A stretch of DNA of 64,000 bases, from NCBI GenBank assembly GCA_965214835.1, contig CBDCCK010000002.1:864001-928000 (forward strand), read 5' to 3'. The notes under the pieces were generated by a model. That model had not been told where the DNA came from and did no database searches. It saw only the letters and a program-made list of their open reading frames with translations. This DNA is from Nitrosopumilaceae archaeon (lineage in GTDB: Archaea; Thermoproteota; Nitrososphaeria; Nitrososphaerales; Nitrosopumilaceae). Below are positions 63,801 to 64,000 of the stretch, one piece after another (the first letter of the stretch is position 1; each line of letters starts with the position of its first letter). A program made the translations under genes and the position numbers.

Positions 63801-64000
63801 ATGAACCGTCTCGCGCTTGTAGCCATCGCCCTGTCACTGATAATGATATCCGTTCATGAGGCACAGGCCAAAGAGGCCCCAACCGAGCCCGGACCCCCGG
63901 CAATTCCGCAGCCAGAGCCCAAGCCGCAGCCCATACCCTCACCCGTACCCGAGCCGATAGAGGATCCGTTTCCAGAAGAGTCCGACTCGGAAAAGGTAAA
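63801..64000 (+). CDS. Exported Pro-rich protein, 3' end outside window
   Basis: MNRLALVAIALSLIMISVHEAQA signal peptide, then PEPKPQPIPSPVPEP. Confidence 0.7.
   Translation, partial: MNRLALVAIALSLIMISVHEAQAKEAPTEPGPPAIPQPEPKPQPIPSPVPEPIEDPFPEESDSEKV

Overview
Archaeal chromosome segment. Gene content and order point to Nitrososphaerota (Nitrosopumilaceae-like): TFB, thermosome, PolD DP1/DP2, GINS, GGGP synthase, orc1/cdc6, CFI-box-CTERM and IPxWI-repeat surface proteins. The window holds the probable replication origin (ORB-like repeats upstream of cdc6, ~35.7-36.1 kb), tRNA-processing clusters, two glutamine synthetase paralogues and tRNA-Pro(GGG). Three IS/MITE-rich accessory regions lie at ~19.3-22.4, ~43.4-52.7 and ~57.9-63.7 kb. 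Highlights: (1) an atypical tRNA at 50323-50409 with a CAG (Leu) anticodon on a Ser/Sec-like body (G73, 6-bp D-stem, long variable arm); (2) a KamA-type aminomutase + divergent GS + MscS + glutamate-type symporter locus that looks like a beta-amino-acid osmolyte module; (3) three MITE families with readable TIRs and target-site duplications, two matching transposase-carrying elements in the window (IS66-like, IS5-like), plus composite and nested transposons. All calls come from reading the sequence by eye; no searches were run.
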